A DNA stretch of 64,000 nt from Trueperaceae bacterium. GTDB taxonomy: Bacteria; Deinococcota; Deinococci; Deinococcales; Trueperaceae. Under the pieces are notes generated by a model. The model ran no database searches. It was given only the letters and a program-made list of their open reading frames with translations, and was not told where the DNA came from. Where the stretch lies: the NCBI GenBank assembly GCA_965213925.1, contig OZ243927.1, positions 1,088,001-1,152,000 on the forward strand, written 5' to 3'. Below are positions 61,796 through 64,000 of the stretch, one piece after another (position 1 is the first letter of the stretch; the number at the start of each line of letters is the position of its first letter). Made by a program: the position numbers and the translations under genes.

Positions 61796-62677
61796 ATGCA
61801 ACTCGCCTACCAACTCTGGGACGTGTTTACCAAAAAAGCGTTAGCGGGCAACCCGCTCGCCGTCGTGCCGGACGCCGCTATATTGACGGACGCGCAGATG
61901 CAAGGAATCGCCAAAGAGTTTAACCTCTCCGAGACGAGCTTTTTGCTCCCTTCGAAAAAGGCGAGCGCCAGGGCGCGGTACTTTACGCCGACGCGCGAAC
62001 TGCCGGTGGCGGGGCACCCAAGCGTGGGAAGTGTGTACGCGCTGCATCAGCTCGGGCGTATTACGGACGAGGTGATGGTGACGCTCGAGCTTAAAGCCGG
62101 CGTTGCCCGCATGGGCTTAGAGCGGAGCGGCGACAAACTGAAGCGTGTGTGGATGAATCAAGGGACGCCGGAGCTGGTAAAGACGTGCGGGGATTCGAAC
62201 CAATTTGCAGAGGCGTTAGGGCTGGACAAGGACGACTTCTCAGACTTGCCTGCGCAGATTGTCAGCGCAGGGAACCCTTTTCTCATCGTTCCCGTGACCT
62301 CTTTAGACGCGCTCGCGAATATCAAGCTCAACTCTCTAGCGTTAGAGCGAGCGTTAAATGGTCAGGAGAGCGTTGGCGCGTTTGTTTTCACCAGCGAGGT
62401 GCGCGGTGTGGATGTGCGCTGCCGGATGTTCGGTGCGGCGGTGGGCGTGTCTGAAGACCCCGCGACGGGCAGCGCTCACGGACCGCTCGGCTGGTATCTA
62501 GCCGAACATGAGCAGCTTCGTTTTTCAGAAGACCGAGCCTCGTTCGTAAGCCATCAGGGGGTAGAAATGGGCAGGCCGAGCGAGGTATTAGTGACGCTCA
62601 AGCGGGATGAAGAAGGCGTCGAGGTCTACGTGGGCGGCTCAGCCGTTTTGGTCGGTGAAGGGGCGCTTTACCTGTAG
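61796..62677 (+). CDS. PhzF-family isomerase
   Basis: DVF...GNP, NLSET, GHP, EDPATGSA, QGVEMGRPS. Confidence 0.93.
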   Translation: MQLAYQLWDVFTKKALAGNPLAVVPDAAILTDAQMQGIAKEFNLSETSFLLPSKKASARARYFTPTRELPVAGHPSVGSVYALHQLGRITDEVMVTLELKAGVARMGLERSGDKLKRVWMNQGTPELVKTCGDSNQFAEALGLDKDDFSDLPAQIVSAGNPFLIVPVTSLDALANIKLNSLALERALNGQESVGAFVFTSEVRGVDVRCRMFGAAVGVSEDPATGSAHGPLGWYLAEHEQLRFSEDRASFVSHQGVEMGRPSEVLVTLKRDEEGVEVYVGGSAVLVGEGALYL

Positions 62678-62709
62678 TTAGGTATAGAAGTTAATTAGGC
62701 GGTGAATGG

Positions 62710-63495
62710 ATGCAGGGCACAAACACGAATAAGGGCGAGCGGTTACAAAAAGTATTAGCCCAAGCGGGCGTGGCGAGCCGCCGCAAGTCCGAAGACCTCA
62801 TCACGGCGGGCGAGGTGACGGTGAATGGGCAACGCGCCGAACTCGGGATGCGCGTGTCCCCGAGTGATGAGGTGCGCGTGTCGGGCGAGCTTGTCGGGCG
62901 GAAAAAAGCTAAGGACAACGTGACCTACGCCTTTTACAAACCCGCTGGTGTCCTCTCCTCGGTTTCGGACGATAGAGGGCGTAAAACGGTGATGGACTTC
63001 TTGCCCGGTGCCCCCGGATTGCATCCGGTGGGGCGTTTAGACTTGGAGTCTGAAGGGCTCTTGCTCCTCACTACGGACGGCGACTTGACCTTGCAGCTCA
63101 CCCATCCTCGTTATGAGCACGAAAAGGAGTACCGCGTGTGGTGCGACAAACTTGTGCCAAGTGAGGTGTTGCGGCGGCTTGAGGGGGGCGTCGCACTCGA
63201 GGACGGACCCGCTAAAGCCATCCGCGCCCACCGCGCTGAGGGCGGCTGCGTCCTCGTTTTGGGTGAAGGGCGCAACCACCAGGTGCGGCGGATGCTCGCG
63301 GCGTTTCGGCTCCGCGTCACGCGCTTAAAACGTACACGTATCGGCGGTTTGCGCTTGGAAGGTCTAAAAAGCGGCGAGTATCGTCTTTTGGAGGCGAAAG
63401 ACCTTGCGCGGCTCGGCTATACTTGGAACCATGACAAGTCGAACCGTAAGCCCGTTAAAACGTCAGGAGGGAAGCCGAGAGGTGGGACGAAGTGA
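62710..63495 (+). CDS. RsuA/RluB-family pseudouridine synthase
   Basis: S4 domain (RLQK.LA..GVASRR), VGRLD, EGRNHQVRRM. Confidence 0.93.
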   Translation: MQGTNTNKGERLQKVLAQAGVASRRKSEDLITAGEVTVNGQRAELGMRVSPSDEVRVSGELVGRKKAKDNVTYAFYKPAGVLSSVSDDRGRKTVMDFLPGAPGLHPVGRLDLESEGLLLLTTDGDLTLQLTHPRYEHEKEYRVWCDKLVPSEVLRRLEGGVALEDGPAKAIRAHRAEGGCVLVLGEGRNHQVRRMLAAFRLRVTRLKRTRIGGLRLEGLKSGEYRLLEAKDLARLGYTWNHDKSNRKPVKTSGGKPRGGTK

Positions 63496-63500
63496 ACTCC

Positions 63501-64000
63501 ATGACTGACACAATTTTTGAGCGCGGCGAGGGCAGCGTCCAACTGAGCCAAAGGGAGATTGCGGCGCGCATAGACGAACTCGGCGCGAAAATCACCGAAG
63601 ATTATAAGGGCAAACCGCTCCACCTCATCTGCGTGTTGAACGGCGCGTTTATCTTCATGGCGGATTTGGTCAGGGCGATCGACGCGCCCCTCACGATGGA
63701 TTTCTTGTCGGTGTCGTCGTACGGCTCTCGCACCGAAACGTCGGGCGAAGTGCGGCTCATCAAAGACTTGGAGCAGTCGCTTAAAAATAAGCACGTGCTC
63801 TTAGTCGAAGACATCGTAGACACGGGACTCACCATGCGGTACCTCCTAAACTACCTCACGGGGCGTGGTCCGCTTTCGGTTAAGGTGGCGACGCTCCTCT
63901 CTAAACCGTCGCGCAGGATGGTCGAGGTGCCGGTAGATTATTTGGGCTTCGAGATCGACGATGCGTTCGTCTACGGCTACGGCTTGGATATCTCGCACGT
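63501..64000 (+). CDS. hpt: Hypoxanthine phosphoribosyltransferase, runs off the window edge
   Basis: Translated by hand: CVLNGAFIFMADL, VLLVEDIVDTGLT, FVYGYGLD. Confidence 0.95.
   Translation, partial: MTDTIFERGEGSVQLSQREIAARIDELGAKITEDYKGKPLHLICVLNGAFIFMADLVRAIDAPLTMDFLSVSSYGSRTETSGEVRLIKDLEQSLKNKHVLLVEDIVDTGLTMRYLLNYLTGRGPLSVKVATLLSKPSRRMVEVPVDYLGFEIDDAFVYGYGLDISH

Overview
High-GC chromosomal window, most consistent with a Deinococcota (Truepera-like) bacterium. Supporting signs are a double-OB-fold SSB, CrtI plus CrtO, futalosine-pathway MqnB/MqnL, ThyX and many leaderless genes. Most of it is housekeeping: glnK-amtB, murJ, era, rpsF-ssb-rpsR-rplI, gcvT-H-PA-PB, ftsY-gltX, uppP, rplM-rpsI, hpt and two tRNA(CAT) genes. 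Accessory parts are (i) a decaying island at the 3' end of tRNA-Ile(CAT) with a Fic fragment and a PLD-helicase::methylase-TRD/AlbA_2 fusion, (ii) a stand-alone type IIG/ISP-like R-M gene followed by TA modules, (iii) two families of small non-autonomous repeats and an apparent excess of CTCGAG. The best novelty candidate is 48.3-52.9 kb. There, a 38-aa ORF missing from the ORF track (signal peptide plus a ~17-aa mature peptide, with its own RBS and terminator) converges on an 816-aa TPR/wHTH-BTAD regulator. It is flanked by a perfect 40-bp palindrome, 11-bp-phased CTTAGCA repeats, a divergent 55-aa ORF and an HD-GYP gene. This looks like a peptide-signalling (quorum-sensing-like) module; that reading is inference. 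All family calls come from recognising motifs by eye; no searches were run.
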